Below, in pieces: positions 1 to 48,235 of a stretch of DNA of 64,000 bases. The DNA comes from Mobula birostris (lineage: Eukaryota): positions 25,145,223 to 25,209,222 of the forward strand of contig NC_092391.1 of NCBI RefSeq assembly GCF_030028105.1, read 5' to 3'. Made by a program: the position numbers and the translations under genes. The notes under the pieces are model-generated. The model searched no databases and had not been told where the DNA came from. It saw nothing but the letters and a program-made list of their open reading frames with translations. The first letter of the stretch is position 1. Each line of letters starts with the position of its first letter.

Positions 1-300
1 TGCCGGCCAATGCTTGTGGACAACGGCTCTCTTGAAAGTGAGCACCTGGAAACGATAGCCCTGTGGGTTCTGAAAGAGTTGCACTGGAACCCTGTGCTCT
101 CCGATCAATGTGCCGTTCTTCAGAGCCAAAGCCAAGGGACTAGCCACGAATTTAAGGTCCCGACTGGCAGCTACCTCGTAACCGCACGACCTGCAGAGCA
201 AGAGCTCGTCTTTGGAGTCCTCTTCCTTCCCTTCGCTGACGTTGTGGCCGCTCACGGCAGAGGCCGACACCAGCAGCAGTGGCACCAGCATCAGCCACAT
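1..300 (-). CDS. Secreted cereblon-like CULT-domain protein, first coding exon (partial, runs off the window start)
   Basis: Manual translation from ATG at 300: MWLMLVPLLLVSASAVSGHNVSEGKEEDSKDELLLCRSCGYEVAASRDLKFVASPLALALKNGTLIGEHRVPVQLFQNPQGYRFQVLTFKRAVVHKHWPA, 100 codons with no stop. Hydrophobic signal peptide, LLCxxCG zinc knuckle and NPxGxxF motif of the CULT family. Polypyrimidine+AG acceptor at 331-330, so the exon starts at 329. Confidence 0.85.
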   Translation of the reverse strand, partial: MWLMLVPLLLVSASAVSGHNVSEGKEEDSKDELLLCRSCGYEVAASRDLKFVASPLALALKNGTLIGEHRVPVQLFQNPQGYRFQVLTFKRAVVHKHWPA

Positions 301-1666
301 CCTACAGGCCGCTTCCCACCTCGGCCCACCTAATGGGGGAAAAAAAACAGTAAATGCTGCCACAAGAAAATCCTTCTTTCTAAGATAAATATTTTGAATC
401 GCCTTCGCAGCAAATTATTTAAAGTTTCCCTAGGACCTACGTTGCAGCAAATAGTTTTAATTCTCCTCCCACTAACTGTAGCCTTTTTACAACTTACATT
501 TAAGTGTCCTAAAGCGAAAACACATCGCATTTTAAAAGCCTCAGACAATTACCTCCTCCACCCTCTACTGGTTGGAGGATTCCAATCCACCTACTGCTTT
601 TGGGATAAAATCACATGGCAATAATTATATCACTCTTTCCAAGGTTGTATATGTTGTTTTCTTTGAACAGTTCAAGAGAAACAGGCATTCATATGGAGCT
701 TTTTTTTTACAGCCACTAGCAGTTCTATCTTGCAGTTTGCAGCCAATTAACTGCTTTCATAACTTAGAAAACGGGCGCCCATTTTGCACACATCAAGGTT
801 GCATAAACAGTATAATAATATCAAAAATATATTTTATCATGATTTCAGCTGAGAGATAAAGGACAGAGGAAAAAACTGCCTTGGCCTTCTTCAGAAATAT
901 TGCTCCTGTATCTAAAACAGAGTTGGGACAAGAGAACAGAAGAAATAGAAGCAGAAGAACTTTATCCCTCTCCCACTCCCACAAGCCTTCCTTGGCATTG
1001 AAGATGTGGGTTCTTCTTCAATGCCAGAGACATTTTCCAGCACTACACCTATATTCCTTCCTGTTCCTTTGATTTATCGATCACTGTTTTGAATGAACAT
1101 AATGACCGAACATCCAGAGAATTCACCGTTGCACTTAAAGGAAGTAATTTCTTAGTCTTAGATGAACTACTCCTTAAATTCATATTTTGTCCCCTGGTCC
1201 CAGACTATTTACTCAGGAAAAAAAATCCTCCCTGCATCTAGTCTGGCAAGACGTTTTGTGAGAGGTTTGTAAGTCAAGAAACTCACAAGTACGGTGAATG
1301 TCAAGCAGTTAAAAGGCTGTGGTCATTCTGTGGCTCCTGTTGACTGGGATTCGACAGGTTGTGTGTGAGGTATTACATAAGAAGAGGTTAACACATTGAT
1401 TGTATTGACATTGATTTTCCTTTCTGTTGAGATTTTGGATATAATAGAGCAGCTTTGTCCAACAGTCATCCGTACCAGTCATGGCAAAGATATTATAAAC
1501 ATATTTATACTTCTTGCTTGGATAATGTTAGAACCTAACAGGTGTCAGTACTTGAACTGAGGAGCTCACACCATGAACTCCCTAATGAAAGGTGCTGGTT
1601 ATTACAAAACCATACTTGCAGCATTTAAGTTCCTGGGAATTAACATATCATATGACCTATCCTGGG

Positions 1667-4412
1667 AATCTTTAAGCAGATGAAGGTACACCACCATGGC
1701 CAGGAGAGAGTGAGGAGGGAAGAACTCCAAGACAGACTAACACACTGGGGTATAAAACTTCCTCTGCCCAGTGTCTCCTTAGCAAGTGTACAGTTGGTGG
1801 AGAACAAGATTGAGGACATAAGGGCAAGATTGCTGCATCAGAAGGAAATGAGGGATTGCTGCGTTCTGCATCTCATGCAGACATGGCTAACTCTGGACAT
1901 ACTGGATTTGGAGATCAGACCCGAGGACTTCTCGATACACAGGATGGATTGGACTGTTGATTCAGGGAAGGCAAAAGCTGGGGGCCTGTGTTTCATGATA
2001 AATTCTTTCTGGTGCTTGAACATAGCAGTTTTGTCACACTCTTGTTCCTCCAACCTGGAACGTATAATAGTGGCCAATTGCTCTACTTATCAAGAGAGTT
2101 CTCCTCCGTGATCCTGACCACATTTACAGTAGGAAACCCAACTGTTTGATCTCTAGACTGCATTTTGGGAAACCTGATCTCTTGGCTGTCTCCCTCCTTC
2201 CTGCATACTGGCAGAGGCTAAACAGCAAGGTTTCAGAAGTAAGGAAGCAAAAAGATGGTTGCAGGAGGCAACCACAGGATTGCTTCAAGTTGGTGAATGG
2301 GGCCAGAAACTCGTGTGGATCTGAATAAATACGCCATGGTTGTCTCAGACCTTATTAAGGCAGTCATAGACAAGTGGGTCTGCACAAAATTATTCAGAGC
2401 CTTCCCCAACCAGAAACCCTTGATGAATCATGAGATCCACAGTCTGCTGAGGGCCAGATCAGTGGGATTCAGGTCTGGCAACCAAATAAAATACAAGAAG
2501 TCCAGGTACAATCTCCAGAAAGCCATCTTGCATGCGAAGTAGCAATTCCAGACCAAATTTGAATTACTGAAGGATGCTTGACAGCTGTGGCAGGGTTTGA
2601 ATGCTAACACCTCCGACAAAGTGAAACTGAGCGACATAGGTGACAACAATGTTTCACTCCCACATACACTCAATTCCTTTTATGCTCACTTTGACAGTCA
2701 AAATATGGAGGCACCTTCACAAACTCCCACAACCCCCTGTGATTTCAGTCTCCAAGAATGATGTGAGAGCATCCTTCAGGAGAGTAACCCTCAGAAAGGA
2801 TCTGGCCCAGATGGGGCACCTGGCCAAGTACTGAAGACCTGTGCTGATCAGCTGGCTGCATTTTCACTGATAAATTTAACCTCTCACTTCAGCAGTCTGA
2901 GGTACCCACCTGCTCCAAGCTCCCTTCAGTTATACTGGTGCCTAAGAAATACGTGGTAACCTGCCTCAGTGACTATCATCCAGTGGCACTTACATCCACT
3001 GTGATGAAGTGCTTTGAGAGGTTAATGATGAAACATAGCAACTCCTGCCTGAGAAGTGACCTGGGATTGTTCCAATTTGCCTACCAGCACAACAGATCCA
3101 TAGCAGATGCCATTTGATTGGCTCTTCATTCAACACTGGACAGTTAAGATACATACATCAGGACGCTCTTCATTGATTACAGTTCAGCATTCAATACTAT
3201 CATCCACTCAAAATTAATCAATAAGCTTCAAGGCCTAGGCCTCAATACCTTCTTGGCAACTGGGTCCTCGATTTCCTCATTTGCAGACCACGGTCAGTTC
3301 AGGTTGGCAACATGATCTCCTTCAGAATCTCTATTAGCACAGGTGCACCACAAGGCTGCTCTACTCACTTTATACTGTGAGGCTAAGCACAGCTCCAATG
3401 CCATATTTAAGTTTGCTGACAACACCACTGTCATTGGTGATGATGAATCAGCATACTGTATAGGAGGGAGAATGAAAATCTGACTGAGTGGTGCCACAAC
3501 AACAACCTCTTACTGAAGGATGTAAGAAATAAAGTCAATTCAATTCAATTCAGTTTAATTCAATTCAGCGTCAGCAAGATTATTGACTTCAGGAGGAGGA
3601 AACCGAAGGTCCATGAGTCAGTCCTCATCAGGGAATCAGAGGTGGAGAGGGTCAGCAACTTTAAATTCCTCAGTGTTATCATTTCCATGAACTGTACTGG
3701 GTCCAGCACATAAGTGCCATTACAAAGAATGCACAGCAGCTCCTCTACTTTCCTTCAAGTTTGCAAAGATTTGGCATGTCATCTAAAACTTTTACAAACT
3801 TCTATAGATGTACGATGGAGAATATATTGATTGGCTGCATCATGGCCTGGTATGGAAACACCAATGCCTCTGAAAGGAAAAGCCTACAAAAAATAGTGGA
3901 TACAGCCCAGTCCATCACTGGTAAAGCCCTCCCCACCATTGAGTACATCTACATGGAGCATCCATCATCAAGGGACCCAGCATCCAGGCCATGCTCTCTT
4001 TTCACTGCTGCCATTGGGATAGAGGTACAGGAGCTTCAGGATACACACCACCAAGTTCGGGAACAGTTATTATCCCTCAAACATCAGGCTCTTTTACCAG
4101 AGGGGACAACTTCAATCACCCCGTCATTGAACTGTTCCCACAACCTATGAACTCACTTTCAATGAATCTTCATCTCATGTTCTTGATATTTATCGCTTAT
4201 TTATTTACTTACTTATTATTCTTTTTTTCTTTCTTTTTGTATTTGCAGTTTGTTGTCTTTTGAACATTGGTTGTTTTTCCGTGTTGTTGGGTACGTACTT
4301 TCATTGATTCTGTTGCGTTTCTTGGACTTACTGTGAATGCCCACAAGAAAATAAATCTCAGGTTGTATTTGGTGACATATATGTGCTTTGATAACAAATT
4401 TACTTTGAACTT
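1667..4412 (+). mobile_element. Degraded Rex1/Babar-clade LINE (APE and RT remnants)
   Basis: Frameshifted remnants IHRMDWTVDSGKAKAGGLCFMINSFWC, FPNQKPLMN, DYHPVALTSTVMKCFERL, FQFAYQHNRS and KFADNTTV; typical 3' tail ending ...aaatttactttgaactt. Confidence 0.88.
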
Positions 4413-5208
4413 TGGGCATAGATGCAATTCAATGGAAGGCATGCCAGTATCTTTACTTAGAAGATTAAGGATGTTTGGCATGTCACCGAACATTAGCAAA
4501 TGTCTATGTAATCTTTAAAGTATCCTGACTGGTTGCATCATGTTCTGGTATAGAAATTCAAACTCACAGGAATGTAGGATGCTGCAAAGAGCAGTAGTCA
4601 CAGCCCAATACTGCATTGTCACCCACTATCAGAAGTATCTACATGAAGTACTGCATTAAGAAGGCCACATCTATCAACAAAGATCTCTTCCATCCAGGCA
4701 ATGTCATCTTCTCACAGCTACCATCAGGCAGGATGTACAGAAGCCAGAAGTCTCAGGTTCAAGAACATCTACTTTCCTTCAACTTGAAGCAACTCATACA
4801 ACCCTAATCACTACCTCAGAATAGCAACTCTACAATGGACTTGGGTGATTTTTTGTTATCTGATTGTTTTTTTTCTTGTATTCTTCTTCTTGGGCCTTCA
4901 GCTCGCAGTGGAGCATATGTCATCGATGACCTCAAGTCTCCATTATCCTCTGTTCTTAGCCAGTTTCTCAGTGGTGGACCAGGAGTGCCCCATCGTCTAA
5001 TTCCTTCAGCCTCGACGTCACTCTTCCATGTTTTCTATTGATGTTCATTTTTCCTCTTTGCCTGGGGAATTTTTCTTGTATAATTTATGTTTTTCCTTGT
5101 GAATGTTGTGCCTCTGATCCTATAAGACTAATACAGCTGCAAGTAAGTTTTCAGTGCAGTCGTGATACATTTACTTGTACATATTACAAGACACTCAACT
5201 TTGACTTT
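4413..5208 (+). mobile_element. Older Rex1/Babar-like LINE 3' fragment (its 5' piece lies at ~1620-1666), interrupted by younger insertions
   Basis: KFLGINISYDLSW at 1627-1665 resumes after 4412 (LRRLRMFGMS, HPGNVIFSQLPSGRMYRS); tail ...actttgacttt near 5200. Confidence 0.65.
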
Positions 5209-6158
5209 CTCAGGACCTTGTTGGAGTTACCATTCTCTACTCTGTTCTTGCCAATTACATCTTGCCAGAATGTTGCAACTTTTCCAATCCTTGAAAGTAA
5301 AATCTGCCCTTGGGGCTTCCCCCCACCCCCCCCAAGGTCAGAATGGAAGTCCTCTTTGGCTTCATTTTTAATTTTAGGGGTTGGAGCATTGCACTGATGA
5401 TCATTGTGCTTTGGTTCCATGTAGGTTTGAGTGAAAGGGTCATGAAACACTCACTTATCTCGCAGGATACTTTGCTCTGTTGCAGTGTAGTCCATTGTTG
5501 ATTATAGATCCCATGAAGACATTTGCCTTTCCAAAAGGTGTACTCAACACCTTATTCTGTGAACTGGCCACCACCACCACCCTTTCTCGTTTCACTCAGG
5601 GTGGTGATATCAATGTCATATTTCTGAGTTCTCAAGCTACGGTTATGGTAACAAGAGTTCTGACATTTCAGATCCCAAATGTGATATAGGAAAATTACCT
5701 GTACATGATTATTTCCTTTTTCCTTAGCCGTGGCTTCCTCTCTAAGATAGTTGATGGATTTTCAACCGTATCTTCTCTCAGTACCCTTATGTTTCCTGCA
5801 GGATTCCCAAGTCAACTCTCCCATCTCCACAAACTACTCCCCTTTTTAAGACACTGTTCCATGTAATATTGGCACATATAGTAACTACATTTATTGTGCC
5901 TTTCCTTCCCATTACCTGGGAATTCAAATTCAATGTCCTTGAATGTAAAGTGAAAATTTGTCCGTATTCCTTAAAATTTACGGTGTCATATTCGCTACCA
6001 CAATGTGGTCTCTTTTTCATTGGAGATACCAAACACAGATTGGGTGACCTGTTTTATACACCCCCCCCCCCATACAGTCCCCAAGGTGATACTGGGACCT
6101 TCAGGAACTACCCTGCTCCCAATTTGACTTCTTTGTATTTGACCTTCAACAGCTCTAG

Positions 6159-6233
6159 CAGGGGTTCCAAACATTTTTTAACGCCATGGACCATAAACTG
6201 AGGGGTCCGTGGACACCAGGTTGAGAACCCCTG
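6159..6233. mobile_element. hAT-Charlie-type mini-MITE (75 bp)
   Basis: TIRs CAGGGGTTC...GAACCCCTG; 8-bp TSD agctctag / agccctag (7/8). Confidence 0.8.
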
Positions 6234-6351
6234 AGCCCTAGGGTCTTAATATTGAGCATTGTGCCAAGACAGTACTTAGTTTCAATATTTTTTTTTCCTT
6301 TTCTCTCCCCTTTCTGTTTTTTTTTAAACTGTGCCTTGACAACTTTGGTCT

Positions 6352-6421
6352 GCATCTATCACAAATATTTCCTCCATTTTCACTACGCATCTATCACAAA
6401 TATTTCCTCCATTTTCACTAC
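6352..6421. repeat. Perfect 35-bp tandem duplication
   Basis: gcatctatcacaaatatttcctccattttcactac twice (6352-6386, 6387-6421). Confidence 0.95.
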
Positions 6422-6629
6422 TCCTCCCCCATTCAAAATTTAAAGTCCGCTATGGGTTATCCTCAGTTTTTGATTCTGATGGAAGGTCTTTGCCCAAAAA
6501 ACGTTGACTGTCTCCTCACGGATGTTGCCTGACCTGTTGAATACCTCTAGCCTCTTCTCGTTCTTATGGTATAATTTTGTCTCCTCTGTATGTCCTTAAA
6601 GTTTTAAAAGAAAACACATTTTGACCATC

Positions 6630-6959
6630 CCAATGGTGCCAATCCCACCACTCGATATATTGCGTCAGTCTGGCGAACGCGATGCGATCGGCGGTACGTT
6701 TTATGCCGCCTTCTGTAAATCTGATTGGTCGGGGTCAAGATGACTGACACCATCACGGGACTAAGTTGTCCAATGAGCGGACAAAGCGTGGATGCCCCTG
6801 TTTAAATCTGGGCGGGACTGGCTAGGCGGTTAGCGGGCTCTGGGTTTTAAAAACGTTTATCAAAAAAAAAATTAGCTGGTTGGTATGTGAATAAATGAAC
6901 GCCTGAAGGGGGAAAATTATGTAAGAAGCAGCTGGATAACAGACAGTACCTGAGGCACG

Positions 6960-6960
<1 letters not shown>
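6630..6960 (+). promoter_or_regulatory. CpG-rich PKN3 promoter
   Basis: Local CpG enrichment, CCAAT boxes in both orientations (ATTGG ~6724, CCAAT ~6770), GC box GGGCGG ~6810 and TGCGTCA ~6661, immediately upstream of the first coding exon. Confidence 0.7.
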
Positions 6961-43481
<36,521 letters not shown>

Positions 43482-46400
43482 TTTTGTGGGCTTCATATTC
43501 TGATGTGATACCTCGTAAGAATGCAGAGTGCTATTTATTGGACAAACTGAGAAACTGCTAAGAAGTTTGAAACCTCTGGTAGTTTCTAGACTGATTTCAA
43601 TATGAATATTTAGTTTCCAAGAACCCTGATCATCTGTTTCTTGTGAATGTAATTTCCTGTCCAAAAACCTGCACATCATGGAAAATGTCTGCACTCTATT
43701 AGAATAGTGAAGAATACCATTACAAAGGGAATTAACAGGTCGATTTAATATCAAGATGAATTGTCCACAATTTTGTTTCTTTTATCTGAGCAATAGGTAG
43801 TTAGTTGCATAATTCCCACTTCCTACTTCTCACCTGCTCTTTCTCATCACCACCCACTCCTAACACGTACTACCACATACAACCCTGCCATCCTTGCTCC
43901 TCTCCGATCACGATGCTCTACATCTTTCGTTCTTTTAATTTTCCCTTGCCATGTAAATGCAGGCAAATTTGAATGTCAATGGGGAGCATTTAGAACTTCT
44001 AACAATGAAATGTTACTGTTTGTTTTGGTGGATAGATGGTAATCATGAGCAGCACTTTAATTTGCTCCACTTCACACCCTGAAATATTGTGTTCTCTTGT
44101 CTTATTTCACTTGATGATGGCTCTGGATATATTTAAGTAGCCTTTTTAATATAGCTTTTTTTCTGCTTGTATTTTTTTGTTGAGCAGAGAGGATTACTAG
44201 GAAACCTGCATCCTAAAACTACAATGATAAGTTAATTATCAAAAATGTGACCATCGCACTCTGACTTGGCTTTATTTCTGTTTTTGGCCTGTTACTACAT
44301 TTGTAGAATTAGGTCCAGGTTATGATACTTCGGGTTACTTCAGAGTATGTTCATGTGCATGTTGTATTTATTGGGAAGGCAAGGTTTTTTAAACAATTGC
44401 ACTTTAAATGTGGATTGAAACATTTTTCTCTGTTGCTATTTGAACAAATTAAAAGTGAGTGTAGAGGGTAAGTGCCTAATGACAGGGATGACAATCTTGC
44501 ACTTCCAGCTTGTATCAATATTTTCAAATCTCTATGCTTCAGAGGTTAGTAACATACCAGGAACACAAAATTGAAATCTGAGCAGATTCATTCTCTTGTC
44601 TGCTTTTAAATATTCTCATTGGCAAAGACAAGGGAACAGCTGCATTCCTGACCTCTTAGTCGTGTAGTTAGAGGAATGGAACTATTAAAAGCATATCATT
44701 ATGAAATCCAGGATAACTGCTTTATTTTGAAGACCTCTATCTATTTTCTTAAATGTATAATGTTGATTTTTTAAAAAATGCATAAACACTATGGAGATTA
44801 ACTTTATTTATATGGAGCAGATACTGTTCCTATTTATTGATATAACTTATGGCTTGTATTTTGATAAATTCAGAAGAGAGGGAAAAAAGATGATTTGAGT
44901 GATAGCATTCAAGTGATTCTTGAATCTATTCCAATTCCTCTTGAAATTGGTGGGCAGGGAACATCTAGCTGACCCTTTGAGCCTGCCCAGATGTCAAAAG
45001 TGTTAGAAATTACTCAATTAAAAAAAAATACTCCCACTACTTGACAGCCTCCAGCTTTAGCATGACGCTGTATTTGTAACCATTTTAGATACTAGACGTT
45101 CCTAATCTCACTTTTGATCTCATGCCAAAGCTAGGTATCAGTGGCTTCTACTTGTATATGCTCTTCCATTCTCAAGAATCCATCTGGGCTCTTTTTGCCT
45201 TATTATCTAAGATTGTTGGCAAGAGATAGTAATCATCAGAATTTACTTGGGCTCAAATTGCCTATTCACAAAAGAATCACTTTTCCTTTCTTACTGTATT
45301 ACTATCATTGACATCTGCCAGTTACTGAAGGCAGTATTAACTAACTTTGTGAATGAAACAGAAAAATCAAACAACTTTGAAACAAAATAAAGATTTAAAC
45401 TATTTTAATCAATATATTTTTCCAAGTGCTGATGATTTGAGGCACAGAACAGATTCTAATCCAAAATTAAGCTGAATATTTTAATGAAATTGGTCTGTTC
45501 AGAAACCTTTTAAGAAAATTATTAAAGTATCAAGTTGTGGAAAATGTACAGTAACATACTATTATTTAATGGTAAAGACTTATAAATTCCCAGTACAGTC
45601 CAGCTGTCTAAATTCAATGTAGATTAAATTCCTGCTCTCTGCCAGATTACTATAACCTGTTTTGCCAGTTATATGCTCCATTTTTCAGTATATCAAACAT
45701 GCCTCAATCTTGATGGATGCGATTTAATTACAGGCATTGAAATACAATTCCCCTGCTCTTGTAGCAGAATTAAAGTATATTTGGAGATTATATTGTTAAA
45801 TCAACAGAAGAAATAAAACAGTTATATGGAACACGAGATTAAATCAGTACCAAAATTCTGTGCATTACTTGCATTTCTGTCTGTGGAGGCAATAAGTAAT
45901 GCTGCTTCTCAGTGGCAATTTGCCCCCAGTTGCATTTCAGTTTCCTCTGTGAACCTTGGTCTTCCATCTGTACAATTTTACAGGAGGCTTGCTTTCTTGT
46001 ACATAAAATTTGTATTTGCACTAAAATGTTTATATTCATTACTTCTGGCGAAAAGCAGTCACCATCACCCTGGTATCTGATATCAGATGATAAATCTGAT
46101 CAATTGTGCTTGAAATTTTGCAGTGCATATTGTAGGTCTAAAGACATCACAAGTAGTTTGGGACTCGGCTGTGCAGAAACTTGACACATATAATCTTGTT
46201 GCAGAAGTTTATTCTGTTGGGGCAGATGTGACCAATGTTAATGCTGTAGGATTGGGATAAATTGGTTAGGTTGAATAGTGCTCAGAGCTAGAAGGTTTTG
46301 GATTGCAATCACAGCCAAGATCATTCAGTTACTTGTACTTTGCACTCCATGGCAGCAGTAACTGCATGATTGGTTTGGTACGTGTGCAGAATTTCTTGGA

Positions 46401-47919
46401 TGACCAGCATTCTCAATAGGAATTAGTGTTTGGACTAGCTACAGATGAGAACACAATCTTCATAAATAAATAATTCCTTTTTCTCCCCCCTTTCCACTTA
46501 TGATGGTTGAAATTATTTTAAGAAAAACTTTCATTTACATTTCTCTATTCATGACAAGCTATACCGCAAAGAAGTACATTAGAAGTATGGCCACTGTTGC
46601 ATTGTAAGAAACAAGATGATTGATTCCACAAATGGCCATGCAACAATACTGGGATTATATTTTGTTCATAATTGGTTCAGATGTGATGTGCTGGCTTTCT
46701 GATCACCGCGCGCCCCCCCCCCCCCCATGCTCTTTCGATTTATTGCCGTTGTTTCTTGCATCCTCTTGGGGATGGAACATTAATTTTGCATTTCATCATG
46801 CAGTATATAATTATAAGTATTGCACTGAAGTGTAAGACTTTATACGTCCATTATTTAGGATGTGGGCATTGCCAGCAAGGTCTGCATTTATCGACCTTTC
46901 TTGGCAGCTCTGAACTTCTGTAATCTCTCAAAATGAAAATACTCCCATAGTACTGTGAGGTAGTTTGTTTCAGGACTTGTACTGAACCACAATGAAGGAA
47001 TATTTCACAATCTTAACGATCATTGACTTGGGGGGGGGGGCGGGCTTGGTATCTGCTACCTCTACCAAATGAAACCGTTGCTGATGAAAGTTCTGATTTC
47101 TGATAATGTGCAGAATTTGAATACTGATGCTGTCCAGAAGAATTTGGTACACCTAGGTAAATATATTTACAGGAATTTTGTAAACTTAATATTGGGTAGT
47201 AAGCATCATTGGAATATTTTATGAAAAGGTTTTTTTGCTAAAATTGAATGTTCTTAACATTGTAAATATTTATATATTAATACAGTAATCCTTGCTGGAA
47301 TAAAAATGATTCAATGCAGATACAATCTAAATTTTAGATATGGACTGCAAAATTATCCATTAGAAAATTGGTGATAAGTTATTGTTTCAATATATCCATA
47401 TTGAAGTATCAAAAATATTATTGTATTAATGTGTTTTGTTAAAATAAGGATCAGTATACTTTAACATTAATAATTGATCTTAAACAGTGATAAGTATCCA
47501 GAACCCACAATCAGAATTCTAATTTAAATTTTTCTTCTCTTATTCCTTCTCAATATCTATTCAGAATGGTACTGAGCGACTTTTGACCATGGAAAACTAC
47601 TTCAGTTCCTTCAAACCCACCACCATCACCCCATTACCTCACCCCCAATTGATTAGAGCCACAATTAAAACTCGGATTTGGGATGGAGTAGAAAGAGGAA
47701 AGAACTTGCATACCACTTCCATAATGGCTGTACCAACTTATCTTGCCTCCCTTTTGCCCTCTATCTCCCATTTGCCTCTGGCAGTTAAGGAGAAAATCTC
47801 TCACACGAAGCACTTTGTTTTTGATAAATAATGTTCACATTTTCTTCAGACTCAATCTCAGTGAGGCAGAAAACCAAAATGAATAGAGTAGAGATCACAC
47901 ATTTACGAAAACCCACTCT

Positions 47920-48235
47920 CTAAACCTGCTCATTGTCCTCTCGAAAATAAACCTTTTCCCATGTAACTGTCTTACACACGCAAAAAAACATCCACAAATT
48001 CCTAAGAATGCCCTCATCAAAAGGGTTTTCCTCTGAGCTGCAGTGTTTCAGGTAAGAGATACGATGGCGGGACATGAATTCCCAAGTTGTGGTGTTGTTG
48101 GACACTAGATACAAGTGTGATACCAACAACAGCATAACCACCACGGTGAAAATGATGATAATGATGAATGCCAGCAGCAGGAACATGTTGACACGGAGCC
48201 AGTCTTTCCATCTGGGTTCAGTACAAAATCCAGAC
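47920..48235 (-). CDS. ZDHHC12: ZDHHC12 exon 5
   Basis: TM helix, TTxE and NPFDxG motifs, TAG stop. Confidence 0.93.

Larger units (their letters stand above)
5440..6565 (+). mobile_element. Degraded Penelope-like element remnant (GIY-YIG endonuclease fragment plus pseudo-LTR)
   Basis: 6001-6054 translates QCGLFFIGDTKHRLGDLF, resembling the Penelope C-xx-C-xxx-YIGET-x-R-x-L-xx-RF motif; a degenerate pLTR follows at ~6475-6560. Boundaries approximate. Confidence 0.65.

Noticed and set aside
10-333. 107-aa + strand ORF
   Set aside because: Antisense shadow of the CULT exon; the motifs and splice acceptor are on the - strand.
3535-3567. CRISPR-like or functional repeat array
   Set aside because: Simple (ATTCA)n retroelement tail; the DNA is eukaryotic and has no spacers or cas genes.
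1680-4150. Several 60-143 aa ORFs as host genes
   Set aside because: Frameshifted pieces of one decayed Rex1/Babar ORF.
46705-47045. Poly-C and poly-G runs as a paired structure or G-quadruplex
   Set aside because: Similar homopolymer runs are scattered across the window and nothing else supports a function.
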